NCBI GenBank assembly: GCA_964035545.1
Contig: OZ037765.1
Location: forward strand, 8,194,698-8,258,697
DNA: 64,000 nucleotides
Direction of reading: 5' to 3'
From: Bugula neritina
Taxonomy: Eukaryota > Animalia > Bryozoa
Under the pieces are notes generated by a model. It worked only from the letters and a program-made list of their open reading frames with translations, searched no databases and was not told the origin of the DNA. Below are positions 12,531 to 34,700 of the stretch, piece by piece (the first letter of the stretch is position 1; each line of letters begins with the position of its first letter). The position numbers were made by a program, and so were the translations under genes.

Positions 12531-14114
12531 TTTCACCTTCATTAAACTTGTACACTGAGTACTTTGAAGTTCATAATTTAAAGGCTTATACAAATTTATA
12601 GTATTTTACAGTTATTCTTACAATTAGTTCTAGTCTAAGTTTAATATTATTATAGTTATACACTTTTAGTTATACTTATAGTTTAACTTAATGTTATACT
12701 AAATTTAATGCGTATAGTCATTTCATATTTGAGTTATACTATAACTATTAACTAACATTAACTTTAAGTTTAACTATTACTATTAGCATTACATTTACTT
12801 TTAGTTCACTAATAAAATATTGCTTATAAGTTATATCAATTAGCATCATTTAAGTTATACTATAACTAGAAAATTAAGTATAACATTAAATTTAATGATT
12901 AAGTATAATTATTACTATTACTATTAGTATTAGCATTACTAAACTATTGCTATTAGTATTAGCATTACATTTACTAATAAATAATTAATTATCATTTATA
13001 TTATTATTAATTAACATCATAATCATTGCATGGTTTATAGTAATACTAATACTAATAGTAATAGTATTATACTATTACTATTACTATTAGTATTACCATT
13101 ACTATTACTCAGTATTAGTAATAGTATCAGTATGAGTATTACTATTAGTATTACTAATAACTAATAAGTAATAACTAATACTCAGTATGAGTACTACTAG
13201 TACTACTACTAATACTAATAGTAATAGTAAAACTAAAATTTAAATATAATTAAATCAGTACAACTAAAAGAAAAAGTAAAACTAAAAGTAAAACTAAAAG
13301 TAAATTACTAGCACTAGCAGTATATGTAAAACTTTAAAACTAAGTATCAGTATGACTTACAGTTACACTGTAACTATATTATAAGTATATCAGTATCACT
13401 TTTGATCATACTATCATCCTTTAGAGTTTATATAATTTTTGCCTTTTTTATGCCAGCAAAATAAAGGCCATAGCTTCTAGTTGAGTGGTAGAGAGAAGTT
13501 CTGACAGAGCTCACCAATTAGAAAGGTCAATGTCGCAAGTTTTAGCTCCAATCGGGCAGGATTCGTTTGGAATTATTTGGAGGGATAACTCCGAGAAAGG
13601 CCATCCACGTCAGTAGGCGTTGCCCCTTTTTATAATTATTTTGCTCTCCTATTTTATTCTGGCCAGACTATGAAATCACTACAGACAATCCTAACAAATA
13701 CATGGCTTGTTACCTCTAAAAATCTTTCTATGGACTACTACATACGCGTAAATACACAACACTCAACATTTTGACCACTAAACTATGATCATAATGCGTT
13801 TATTTATTGAAATTTTAAACTACAGAAAACACTAAAATTCTGCATGAATGCTGTAAAATTAATATTACTATATTAATATATAACATCATAAGTAAAGTTT
13901 AGTGTCTAAATATAGATATTGCAAATTGCTCATTGCAGATTTGATAAAAAATTGAAAAAATCACCAGAATTTGAAAGCGCAAATGTGTATATATAATACC
14001 CTGCCACATAAAAGTTTAACATACAAAATCACCATTTAGAATGTTATGATGGCTAGTATGTAAAACATATTAATAGAAACTAATATGCAGTTAGTCAGAC
14101 TGATAAGTCGATGT

Positions 14115-17100
14115 TTACACTGTAGATGGTCTGAGAGAGAAAAGGGTATCAACCACCGACTCGTCCGCCATTGTTGACACGTCACCAAGATCTCTGTCCC
14201 CTCGAGCAATTTTTCGAAGTACTCTCCTCATAATCTTACCGGATCTAGTTTTAGGGAGACCTGGGGCATTTTGTAGCATATCTGGTTGAGCAAATGCTCC
14301 AATTTTTGTTCTTACTACAATTAAACAATGTTGTATAAGCTAGCTGGATCAATCCATGATAATGGATACTAAAATATCTATGCAGCACTCTTTCTATATT
14401 AGTAAAACATTAAACTTTAATTTAAAAAGTTCAAGTTTGCATCCTTCATTGTAACACCGTATTATCATAAACTATATGAAAATATTATATAATATATCTA
14501 TTACCAGCAGCTTTGAGTTCCGTCACCAAGTCCTCAGTAAACTCTATACCCTACAACATACAACAGTGTAAACTTAGGAAGAATGTGGGACATTTTTATA
14601 GATACTTAAATCACACAGACAGACCGTGTTAGGTTCTATTAGACATTTATAATCGATTGTGGACTGGGTTAAGCTTCTCAGACCTGCTGCGACATTAAAA
14701 CAGATACATGCCTACGATACACGCTAAGAGCTAACTTATTAGAAAGATCAAAGCTGCACAAAGAAGTCAAATTACACATGGGAGTTGAGGTGTATAACTG
14801 ACATAAACACAGAAATAGCTCAACAAAGTTTGGCAAACAGTAAAGTTTGGTTTGATCACTTGAGTACTTCGCTCATTTTTTATTTGGAATATTAATACAA
14901 TTAATGATGCATAAACTTCACAAATTGTCTGCTTCAGAAAGTAACACATATTAACCTTTACATCATTCAAACAACTGAGCAAGCAAATAGGAAACATTTC
15001 TTAGACAAGTAGTAGTGCTGTATACCTGACACAAAGTCACAAAACAGTATGTACTCTCTCCTTTGATGGAATGTGGCTGAGACACAACTGCTGCCTCAAC
15101 TACACTGCTGTGCTCTATTAATGCTGACTCTATTTCAGCAGTGCTTAGTAGATGACCCGAGACATTTACCATGTCATCAATACGCCCTGTCACCCATATG
15201 TACCCATCCTGAAATAGTGATATAGTAATATACACTTGATATAGTAATATGCGACTGTAATTGTAATAAACAATCACTAGAAATTTAAAATAAGCAGATG
15301 GGTTCTCAAACAGCTGCATCAAGCTGGTAACTTACTTCTTGGTCTACAGCATTTCATACCAAAGCATAAGTCAGAGTGATTATTGATTGACAGTGAGTCA
15401 TAAGCTAGCTGTTAGCCAAATGAATTAGTGTCAAGTGAGCATGTGCTAGTACCAGCTTATAAGTCAAAAAGTCATATGCATGGCATTTGGACTAACCTTG
15501 TCCATTTTAGCTCCATCACCGGTGCAATAGTAACCTGGAAACTTTTTGAAATAAGTTGTTTCAAACCTTTGATGATCGCCATACACAGTCCTCATTATTC
15601 CAGGCCATGGTTGGGAAAAGACCTAAACAATTAGAACACATCTTACAAGTGTCTACTGAAGACGCCAATTAATGTTTTTTTATTTCAGCACATTTATTGT
15701 GAAAATGTTGGTTGCAATTTAACTGGTTGCGTTTGACATGTAGCAATAAGTAAACTATAGTTAGTCCAACAAATTGGTGGCTCTAAATCACTATTGACCA
15801 TAGTAACAAGACTCCACTCATAGCACCAGGAGAGTACCAACCAGATATCCTTCTTGATCAGTCTCCACGGGCTTGCAATTCTCGTCAACAATGCTTGGCT
15901 TTATGCCAAAGAATGGGAATGATGCAGAACCTGGCTTCATGGGTGTACAACCAGGCAGAGAGGTAATTGCGTGGCCCCCAGTTTCAGTTTGCCAGAATGT
16001 ATCGACTATAGAACATCTAGCATCACCAACCACATTGTAGTACCACACCCATGCTTCAGGGTTAATCGGTTCGCCAACTGTACCCAAAACCTTTAGAGAA
16101 CTCCTGTCATATCTACAAATTTTATACTCAAAATCACAGTCACAAACCTCATATAATAGACACTTCTTCAATTAACTTCAGTATTTATATAGAAATTAGC
16201 CCAAAAGCAAGAGCTTCTTACAAAGAAGCAAGTAAACAAATAATTAGCTACAAAAAACAATGCAAGTAATACTTATAATGCCTACTTTTTAACTATTTCA
16301 TCTCCGTATTTCATCAAAGCTCTTATTGCTGTAGGAGCTGTATAAAACTTGGTAACTTTGTATTTATCTACTATTTGCCAGAGTCTCCCTGCATCTGGAT
16401 AGAATGGCGTGCCTTCGAACTACATTCACAAATAAATTAATAAGTAAAACCAATAATTTATGCAAGACTACTAGGAAATGGTTAGAAGATTTGAACCAGA
16501 ACTGAAGTGAATTATTTATATCTATTGTATTAGGCACAAAGCCAACTATAAACAAAAATATCATATCACATACATGTAAAACTTATACTGCTTGCACATA
16601 TCATTGAAACAGCTACATACATAGAACTGTTAATGTGTATTTCCAGTAGTATATAAAACAACAGTACTTACAATGACACTGGTGCACCCATTCAACAGCG
16701 GGCCATAGCAAACATAAGTATGACCAGTGATCCAGCCAACATCTGCAGTGCACCAGTAAATATCACCATCGTGATAGTCGAATGTATACTTGAAGGTAGT
16801 AGCTGCATAGAGCATGTAACCCCCAACAGTGTGAAGAACACCTTTCGGCTTTCCTGTTGAACCACTGAAAATCATACATTGCAATAGAGTTTATGACCTT
16901 TTAATAAGTCGACTAAACTGTTCAGTTTAGAATTACTCCACGGATAAAATGATGATTGGCATTTTTCAGTCACACTTGTCAAAATATTCTATACAAAGAT
17001 TTCAAAGTGCAACCAAACACAAGCCAAGGCAACATTTCTAAGAAATTGTGATCCATATTTCTCAGAGTACCGCTGCTCTTATGCAGCAAACACTTCAACC

Positions 17101-20100
17101 ATATTATATACAAATAATAAAGTATTACTATAAAGAATGAATTCAGATAATAAATAAAATATTCCTAAATTTAGTTGCAGCTTTAAGTCATGGTCTTGAG
17201 GTAGACTGCAAAAATTTAAATCCCTAGGTTTTAAGTTCTTTTGGGTTTTCACTTAGTAACCTGAGGTGGAATTGTTGACTATTACAAATTTGGCTATATT
17301 TAATAACTGATTTTTAGAAAACGACTCCCAAAACAAACCAAACTCTAGAAATCCTAGCAGCTTAAAAGCAATAGTTTGACTTCAACTATAGAAAGAACTT
17401 TTCCATTGAAAGATTATTTAATGAGCAAATGGTTGGTAAACTTTTGCAGATTTCTAAATAAATTTCAATTAAACTAAGCAAATTACCAGATGTTTTTAAC
17501 ACCAAAACAATTAAAAACATAATAATTTTAGCTATTTGAAAATAAACTATCTATCATCTATACTACCTAACAGCAACCATGTGAACCTGGTGCAGAATAT
17601 AAAGTGTTTTCCAACCAAACCACATGAATTACCTGGTATAGAGCATAAATAGCGAATCCTCAGTGTCCATCCATTCACAATGGCATTCCTCACTAGCAGC
17701 TGGGACAACTTGATGCCACCATTGATCTCGACCTTCAACCCATTTCACCTGTCATAAAACCAGCAATGTCTTCATTCAAACAAGAAGTACCGTATAGATA
17801 GAAAAACAGTTCTGAAAAGACTCATTTTCAACACTGGTACTATAAAACATAACCTCTTCACTACATCAATAAAATCCGGCATCAAGAAAAAAATTGGATA
17901 ACTATTATTAGTCTAATTTGTATATGCTATCAAAAATGTGATCATTGGGGAATGAAAAAAAGGGTTAAAATTAAAACAGCAAGAACGCCATCTAAAAATA
18001 TTTGTTATTGAAAGTTACAGGGCTGTTCTATGAACTTTGGCATGTATGTCAATTCTGGTCATCTAGATCTAATGGTATAAAAGTTTCCAGCATTTCAGTA
18101 GATAAAAATATTTATTTCAAGAAAGCCAGCCGCTGCAAAAACATGGTGGTAAGTAGATGTTAAAGGGTTTTTGATGTGACACAGCAACCATTATGACTAA
18201 ATGACTTTTATGATATCATCAGGTTTGACCTACTAGCTGGGAACAATTTGTGTCAGCTAATCACTCTACCACTGCTGCCCGCTTGCATTTCTTTAATAAT
18301 ATTCCCAACAAAATGTTGAGGTACAGACTATCAAGTTGAAAATATTACTGTAAAATTCACTTAGTAAGCAGCTGTGTTACATTGAGTATTCTATTTAGTA
18401 ACTTCCCAAGATACTGCAACTAAAATCTCAGACTAAACCTAGGCATATATGAAACAAAGTTCCACACCTAATATTTTGCGCTTGTGAAGCTGGTTTTTAT
18501 TTTTATAATATATTCCAATAAATTTGTCGAAAATGGGGCACCTTCAACTTATGACAAGGTCTTTTAGCAACACCATCACATTGGTCTCCATCAGCATTAC
18601 CATTGGTTTCTACTATCTCATCAGATGGGCTCAGGTGTCTTACAACCAGACAGGTGCGAATCTGCAACCCTCTATAAAACATATAGATAAGATGTGCTAG
18701 TTCTAGTCAGTTAAGAACTCAGCCTGTTCATTGTACACATTGGTTAAACATAATTACCTTTTATTACACACTTCTAGGAAAAATGAGATTAAAATACTTC
18801 CTTTCAATATTCACTATAAGAAAGTTTTGGATGTTGATTAGCATAAAATTCTGGAATTCCAAAACATCCCTTCAGGCTTTCAAGTAAAACTAAGATTCCC
18901 AACTAATATACCGAGCAAGTCGAGGTAATACTTCTAGCAAGTCACTTGAGTCAGATAATATCAAATACTGGATATGGACCTAGCCTTGGCAACGAAACTC
19001 ATAGAAATTGTTGTAGATTAAAGCCAAAGTAAACAGACACACCGTAGCCAAACTACCTTCTTTATTGCTTTTGCACAGTATATTTACATCCTAAACACTC
19101 ACTTTTCACTGCACAAATCAATGGCTTTGTCACTGATAGATTTCAGATCTACAAGTTTAGTGCCTCTCCAAAAGCCATCTACAACATACAGTAGAAAAAC
19201 TACTAAAGGATGCTCACAATGTAGAAATATAATATATGATTAAACGTTTTGAGTTGACAACTTTTCATCAGATTGTTAATATTGTTACAGTAGTATACAT
19301 ATTTCAAAAAAAGTCTTTATATTATTAACACATTTCGTATTTCCTGTGAGACTTACCTGTAGTGATAAGAGCGGATACTTCACCATCTTGCATTCGCTCT
19401 GCTAGAGATTCAGCTGAAAACCCTGCAAACTTAACACCAGGCAAAGTAAATGAGCATGCATGCACTAGAAAAGACATGATAAAACATGACTGCTATTAGA
19501 ACTAGGTTACTAAAACAGATTTTCATAGTATTTCCACTAATTATTTTGAGTCTAAACTTAAAAGATTTTACCTACTATAACTTTTTTCTACAATACTAGT
19601 AGACTCAGCATAATATTATAACAAATTTATAAGTATATAAACAAGAACTGAACATATTGCATTGAAATTACAGAGTTAAACCTGCAATAATGTATTCAAT
19701 AAATCAGACTGCAACCTTACAGAAACTACTAACAATGCTTACCACTATTGAGTGAATAGCCCCTATTCTTGCACATGCAAGTAGAGCAATAGACAATTCA
19801 ACTATCATTGGCATGTAAATAGCAACACGGTCTCCTTTCTTGATTCCTACAGAAAGAAAACAATGTTATATCAAAGCACTTACATATTAAAGTCATTAGC
19901 CTGAATGTATAAATTATAAAATGCCTTTACATGCACAAATACAAAAGACTATTTACCATTGTTTTTAAGCACATTGGCTAATTGACAGACTTGTTTAAGC
20001 AGTGCTGAGTATGTAATTTTTCCTTCATCGGCAGGGTCATTTCCTTCCCTGGAATATTCCACAAAAATATTTTGTCATTGAACTACTTTTCTAAAAACCA

Positions 20101-20513
20101 GAATAATGAATACTAATTCATAACAACTAGTTACCTAGTTGTAGACAACGAAATCATATTGATAGTGAAAAATTGTATGAAATAACTTAAACTTACCAGA
20201 AAAAAGCAACTTTTTCACCATTTCCATCTTGAACATGACGATCCAGGGCATTATAGCAGATATTAGTAGAGGCTCCTTGCATCCAACTTATCGATATGGG
20301 CCCCTTACGTACATCAAAATTGTATTCTAGAAACTTGCCTTGGACAGGTGTCTTAAAATAAAACTTCTCGGCAATATCTTTCCAGAATCCTTCAGGATTT
20401 TCAATGGAGTGCTTATACATCTCATTGTATTGTTCCATTGTTTTAACGTGAGCTGATTCAAAAAGCTCAGACTTTGGCAGGTAAGTTTGATGAAGAGCTT
20501 GTTTATCAGCCAT
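14115..20513 (-). CDS. ACSS2: Acetyl-CoA synthetase, cytosolic ACSS2-type, 14 coding exons, about 686 aa
   Basis: Exons 20513-20197, 20048-19957, 19846-19743, 19429-19357, 19178-19103, 18671-18542, 17748-17633, 16864-16672, 16419-16286, 16112-15842, 15622-15497, 15208-15026, 14550-14505 and 14314-14115 total 2061 nt in frame. Motifs include [11 protein letters not shown] (AMP-binding), [16 protein letters not shown] and [12 protein letters not shown]. No mitochondrial presequence is evident. Confidence 0.93.
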
Positions 20514-23500
20514 GCTGATAGATTGCTACAAGTTATACGTTTAGTCATCAGAAATCAATGCTAATGCAAATCACGAACTCTAATATACCATGTAAAACTC
20601 AGCCAATGAGTGGTGTGTACCAACTCAAAAATCCCACTCTTATAACTTATATAAAATTTTGCAAGTTCAAATGCAAAGTGCATACTTCCAAAAAATTGCT
20701 GTGCAACCTTTGTTACGTGCATTGCTTTATTTCATCTCATAAATTTGAGTTTTGAGTTCATTTTTCAAAATTTCTAAATTATGTGTTTATAAAATGCAAT
20801 GAAAAATTATGTCGGCAAAAGTACCCTACTACAGTTTACCTCAACTTCAGTTGTTGAATAGCTGTAGTTATGTTTATGTTTATAGTGTCACCATACTGAA
20901 TAACTTTGTAAAGGCTTAGCAAAAGAATGACAAAGAGGTTGAGAAAACTGAAAGATGAAAAGAAAAGGCTTTACATGGCCTGTGCAAGAAAAGTAGAAAA
21001 AATATAAACATACATAAATACTAGTAGTATTAGTATTACTAATACTAATAGTAAAAGACAATAGTAATAAGCTTAATACCCCTGGCTCTACACAACTGCC
21101 AGTTTGGGTGCCACAAATAGATTTAGCAATAGTGACTATCAGATTGAGAGAGTCTAAGTCATACAGTAAGTGATACTGATAGTCCAAGTCATAGAGTAAG
21201 AGTGATGGTCATGGATAATGGTGAATTTAATACTAATAGTAATCGTATAAGTAATACCTATACTAATACTGATAGTATTACTATTAGTAATAGTTATAGT
21301 TTCGCAGCTGAAAGAAGGTAATCGTAACCAAAGAAGGGCCAGACTGAGATCTAAACTGTGAAGCAAACTTTGAAAAAGATAGATATGAACTGAGATGGCT
21401 GGCAATGGAAGGCTAAATCTGGAGACAGATGGAAATCTCTGATTAAATCAAATTGAAACAAACATTGTCACACCATAGCCATAGTCATAGCATCACATTT
21501 ACTATTAGTATTACTAATACTATTACCAATACCATTATGATTACTATTAGCTCTACTTATCAGGATTAGATTTACTTTTAGTAAGACTTATATTAAATAA
21601 TAATAGTAATACTAATAGTTCATAACTTAGTCTTATAACTCTTATATTTATAACTGATAATATAAGTTATAAATATAAGACTACCTTTAAAACTTAAGTT
21701 AAGACCAAGTCCTTTATATTTGTCTTTGATCTATAATTATATTTTAATTTATTATATTTAACCATTTAAGTTTATGACAAATATAATTATATAATTAAAT
21801 TTAATATTATTATTATACATGTATATATTTATATTATTATTAATATTATATTTATTTTATATTCATATTGAAACTGATGAAGTAACTCATATTGTATAAG
21901 TTATCACTATAAGTATAAGTATACTGAATACTGTAAGACTAAGTAATAAGTACAACTACAAGTATAAGTAAAACTATAAGTATAAGTTAATCTATAAGTA
22001 TAAGTATTACTATTACTATTAGTAATCCTGTATTACTATTAGTATTATTAATACTATTACTATTAGTATTATAATTACTATCATATTGATATACTGTAAG
22101 ACTAAGTGTATAGTTATACAGTTAATGTTATACTTATACTAATACTATAGTTTAAGTTATACTTATAGTTATAGGTTATAAGTACAGCCGTGTTTTTGCA
22201 AACATCTTGCTTTTGATCTAGCTTTAAAAAAAAACTAAAGTACAACTACATTTGAATAAAAATTGATATCATTTTTTAAAAAATTTATATGATCAAGAAA
22301 ATCATTAGAGTAGTCAGACTTAGTTGAAACTTTAGTCGAAAATGAAAGTAAACTTAGTCAATACTGCATTTTGATTGGAGTATAGATTTCGGCTTTTCAA
22401 GGGATCAAACGCGCCCATATCAAACTGCAAAAGGTTCATGCTCGCATTTCTCGTTAAATGAACTAACGTGCTAGAAATAGAATAGAGGACTGAATGTCGA
22501 ATTAAAGTAAGAGACAGTTTATAAAAAGTGTAGCAACTCCGTAGCTGCTCGCAAAATAAGCCAAAGACAACAAAAACCGCCTATAATACTATGCTATTAT
22601 CATTACTTATTACTAGTTGCACACAATACAGTACTGTTGTAGCCATGTGCTGAGATCAGTTTGTAAGCTAAACCCTGCTGTAGATGCAAGAGCGACAAGA
22701 CTAACATGAAAAGGAAATGTTTTTCATCATTATTGGTTTTCTCAAATCTTGAACTTTATTAAGTCTGAAAATTAAACTAGCTTAATTAGACTGAAGTATG
22801 TAGAACTTTTTTCCTGCTGCTTATAACTAATCCTAGCTGGGCTGTCTGTTGAATCAGTTGTGTAACTGCAAGTGTCATTTAGTCCACAGTTTAATCTTGA
22901 TCCTGAATATAATATACATTATTATAATGATATATTGCATATGAAGTGTCAGTAAGTTTTAAAAGTTCTTATGCTACATCAAAATAACATATAGGTCACA
23001 ATCTCTAATTTATAATTTAAATTTGCATAAACAAAGAAAACGCACAAAAGCCTGTTTGTTTGGAAACTTAGACTCTCAATGTTTTCATAGTTTATAAAAA
23101 AGTCTGTCACACAACCTACTGGTTTTGTAATGTTTAGTCCAGATCATCCAGATATAAATAATTAAGGTTTATGTTTCAGAGTAGCAAGTTTTATTGTTGA
23201 GAAGATAACTCTCTGGTGTAGATACAGCAACATAGAAAGGTATAGCTAGAGCCACCATATAATTTGCATAGTTTTCATGCAAGTCTAAAATATTACTGAA
23301 CTTTGTTTTTATCATACTTTACAATTATATTTTAAAACATGAATCCTATTAGATGCAAATAATTTTTTTTCATATATTTTATTATCTTATTGATGCTAGT
23401 GAAGCTAGGCAACGCTTATAACCCCTGAAAGGCGATATAATTAATTTCACTGCAATGTTTGCAACTATTAGCCAAATAACTACTATAATATTCATTTACC

Positions 23501-23924
23501 TGTATCAATACTTTTTGATTGATATTTTAAACTAAAGACTCCATTATTATATTTTTCAACTTTTGTGATACTTTATAAAACCATATTAAAAGTATAAAAC
23601 AGATAGGCATCAACAATTTTATTATAAGAATAACATTAGTATATAGATGCATGTGCACAATGAACTAGAACTTTACAGTTCAATGGATGTGCACATGAGA
23701 GTTCTAATAATATTTCAATGTCCGCTTAACTAGGATATGTCAAGCACTGAACTGAAACTATAACCAGGGGGGTTATAGTTCAATGATGCCAAGCACTGAA
23801 AGTTTTTTTGGTGGGACAACTCTAAGACTTGCTAAAAAGTAAGTAGTTTCGTTTCAAATACTTGCTCAATCTGATTGGGCAAAATTGAAACCAATAATAG
23901 TTATGAATAATCGAAAAAGACTGA

Positions 23925-31533
<7,609 letters not shown>

Positions 31534-31769
31534 CCTTAGAAAACTGTTACATCTTGTGAAAAATTGTAATGCTACAGAAAATATTGAAAAATGATATGAA
31601 AGAATCGAGAAATCAACATTATATTTATGCTAAGATTTTATATTTCAAAGTTTATGATGTGGTGATGTAACTTTGTTTAATATAAATATAATGTTCAGGA
31701 TTTTATTATAAATTCTAAGGGATGAAAAGATTGTATATTACAATTATATTCAAATTTGTAAATAAATGG

Positions 31770-34700
31770 CTACCATGTCGATCTTGTAACCCCTGAGAGT
31801 TTATTGTAATCTGCTAATAACCTCCACTGTATTCTGCTGAGACGGTACCTGCTAACCAATCCTCTTGGTCTAGAGGTTAAAACACATCTTTTGTGTATTC
31901 TAGTTGGAAAGGCATCTCTAGGTAGCTTAGTTATATCTAGTTCTGCTTGTTCCTGTAATACAATAGCAAATTACAATAATTTACAGTGCTTAAGATTGTT
32001 CAAGCCGAGAATTCATAGAGTAAAGCCGTATTTTTAAAAAGATAGTTGATAAAAATAAAGTAATGAATCATAATATAATTATTTAGTTAATAGGGTTGGT
32101 TTCAAAAAGCTATTTATAAAAAATAGCCTCACTACACACATTGCTTGAAGCCCAGTTTTTTGTCCTCTCAATAAAATCATAGATTTTAACTGCAATAGCT
32201 GCGACCTCTATCTAGCTTCAAAAAATGCTAGGGAAGTACTTATAAAATAATCTCTCTTTAGAAAAGAACTATGAAAGCCCCCCCCCCCCCCCCAAGACCG
32301 CATAGCGGGCCCCAGTGTGACATAATTCTGCATTAACAGCTTTCCTAACTCAAACTTTAACTTAGAAACAAATTAACAAAAGACAATGGTGAACCAATAT
32401 ACCTGCAGTTCTTTGGGTAGAATTTTGCTTCGCTTGATAGAAGTCAGTCGGATTCTTTCATTGTTGAATTGTTTGGACAACTCCCTTCTTTTGACATCTC
32501 TTCTCATCCACTTGTTCACATAGCTAGCAAATCGGGAAGAAGTAGAACAACAAGTACTAGCTGCTAAGAAAGTCCTATTGGCAATTGAACCAACGTTCTA
32601 AAAATAGATACAACCACTATAAATTTAACTTATTTTTTAAAAGTAGTTGATAAGCATTAGTTGCTAAATGAAAGAATAATATAAATTTGAGAAAATATAA
32701 AGGTTCCTTTTATTAGAATATTAATTATTTATTGGCATTAGTTCTACTGATTGGCAATTAACTTTTCACAAGCTAACCTTACAAGTTATATCAACTCACA
32801 AAGGAGCATTAAGAAGCCTAATGCTAAGCACTACCCGAAAAATAGCAAATCTAGCTTCACTTGAATTAATGGAAGCCTGTCTTATGACACAGGTATCTTG
32901 GTCATAAATATTATTAACAATAAATCCACAATGATGATTATAAAATAACTATAAAATATGATGATAATTTTATATTCAACAAGTATCCTGCCTTAAAACA
33001 AGATTAAAGTATAATATTAATTAACTTCGAAATTATAGAAACTCAAACAATACAAATTTATAGGTTAAGGATTTTTTAATTAAGTTTTTATTATGAATAG
33101 AATCATTATGATATAGATGTCATTATCATTATGATGGCAATTATTTTTGAGACGAAATTACTTATGACAAATGTATGTGTATCACTATCAGTATAAGACT
33201 AAGTTGATTATATTGTAGTAATTTATGTAACTACTATGCGTGGGTTCCTAGCTTGTAATTATGTCTATTTATCTACACCAATAAAGTATTTAGGTAAAAG
33301 CTTCCAAGTTTATTTACTACTAAATATATAAAAGATACAGCTCGTACACAGATTAGAGATTACATCTTCGCTTAGTTAGCACGCTCTCTCTACTGCAAAA
33401 CTACTACTAACTAACTCAGGCCTATCACGTGACGCACTTGGATAGGCTGAAGGAATGCGGGGGACGCGCGTATTACGTCCTCACTACACCGCCCCCTCCA
33501 GCAGAAAGCCCTACTTTCTGATAACACAGACTAGATAATTCAAACATAAAATGTCATAAAACTATATATATATAAAAACTGAGAGAGCGTGTGGCACACA
33601 AAGGAAAACATGGCTATGTACAGTAGTAAGAAACATATACATACATAAAAAAATATAACAGTAAATGTACAATGGCACCGGCGGGAGGCACTATAAGGGA
33701 ATAGTTTGTAGAGGTAGAGCTGTATACTGGTAGGTTACTATATTGTTACACTGAGTAATTGTCTGTGAGCACTAGCGTGAGAAGGGTCTGTACTGGGGCA
33801 CCACCTGCTGTACCATCACGGATAGGAAAGGAGGGACATCACCTTCAAGCACTTCCTTTCATTCGGGCTACAGAGGCAGAGAGGGCCCGGAGTTCTGATG
33901 CGGCGGCGGAGATTCTCGGTGTCAGTCTTTGCACCTCTTTCTCTAATTCTCGTATCCGCTCTTCTGCCTCGCCTAGATTCCTGGCGGGGGCAGAGTGTCG
34001 ATTGGGGGATGAAGATGGCCAACGCCGCTTACGAGACGGCCTTGGGGAGACAGGGGGGGAGGGACGCCATCGCTGTGGTATATCGATGCGTCGTAACACG
34101 ACTCTTGGTATAGAGTCGGGGCGAGGCACTGTGCGTGCGGGGGGTGAGGAATGGGATATGCGGGGTTTCCTATATCCGGGTGGTTTAGGGCAGGGTCCCT
34201 GTGTGATGGTCCTGGGTGCGGGGAACTCCTGGCGCAGCCGTTCATATCGAACTGGGTCTGATATGAACGGTCGGATGAGATTAAGGAATTGTGGAAAGGA
34301 GGGTTCGTCGACTTCGAATAGGTGTCCAATATGGCATCCCATGGTTCGTTGGTGACGGAGGATGTAGTCCCTGTGGTAACTATATTCACCACAGGGACAA
34401 AAGGTGGTGAAGTAATGTTGGGGAATATGAACTCGGAGTCTTCGTGGGGTAGTGAAGTGAAGCTGGCATAAACGGCAGGTGGTGCATTGGTCATCTCCTT
34501 TGTGCTCTCGTATCAGTGTTTCCGTATCTGTTGTAACCCAGCATGATTGTTGTAGGAGTGCCTCCGGAAGAGTAGTGGGAACGGGTTCCTCGTTCCAAGC
34601 CATTTCTAGTGACGGCATGTCACCAGATAGAGGAGAGAGAGCGGTATCTAAAAGAGCAGAATTACTGTTAGATCGGATATGATCTTTACACCATAATTCT

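Noticed and set aside
13490-13675. RNase P RNA (GAGAAGTTCTGACA resembles CR-I)
   Set aside because: There is no convincing CR-V or P4 partner and no terminal P1 helix.
11155-21405. Hydrophobic ORFs 11155-11433, 20888-21187 and 21154-21405
   Set aside because: They are translations of low-complexity ATT/ACT/AGT tracts, not credible membrane proteins.
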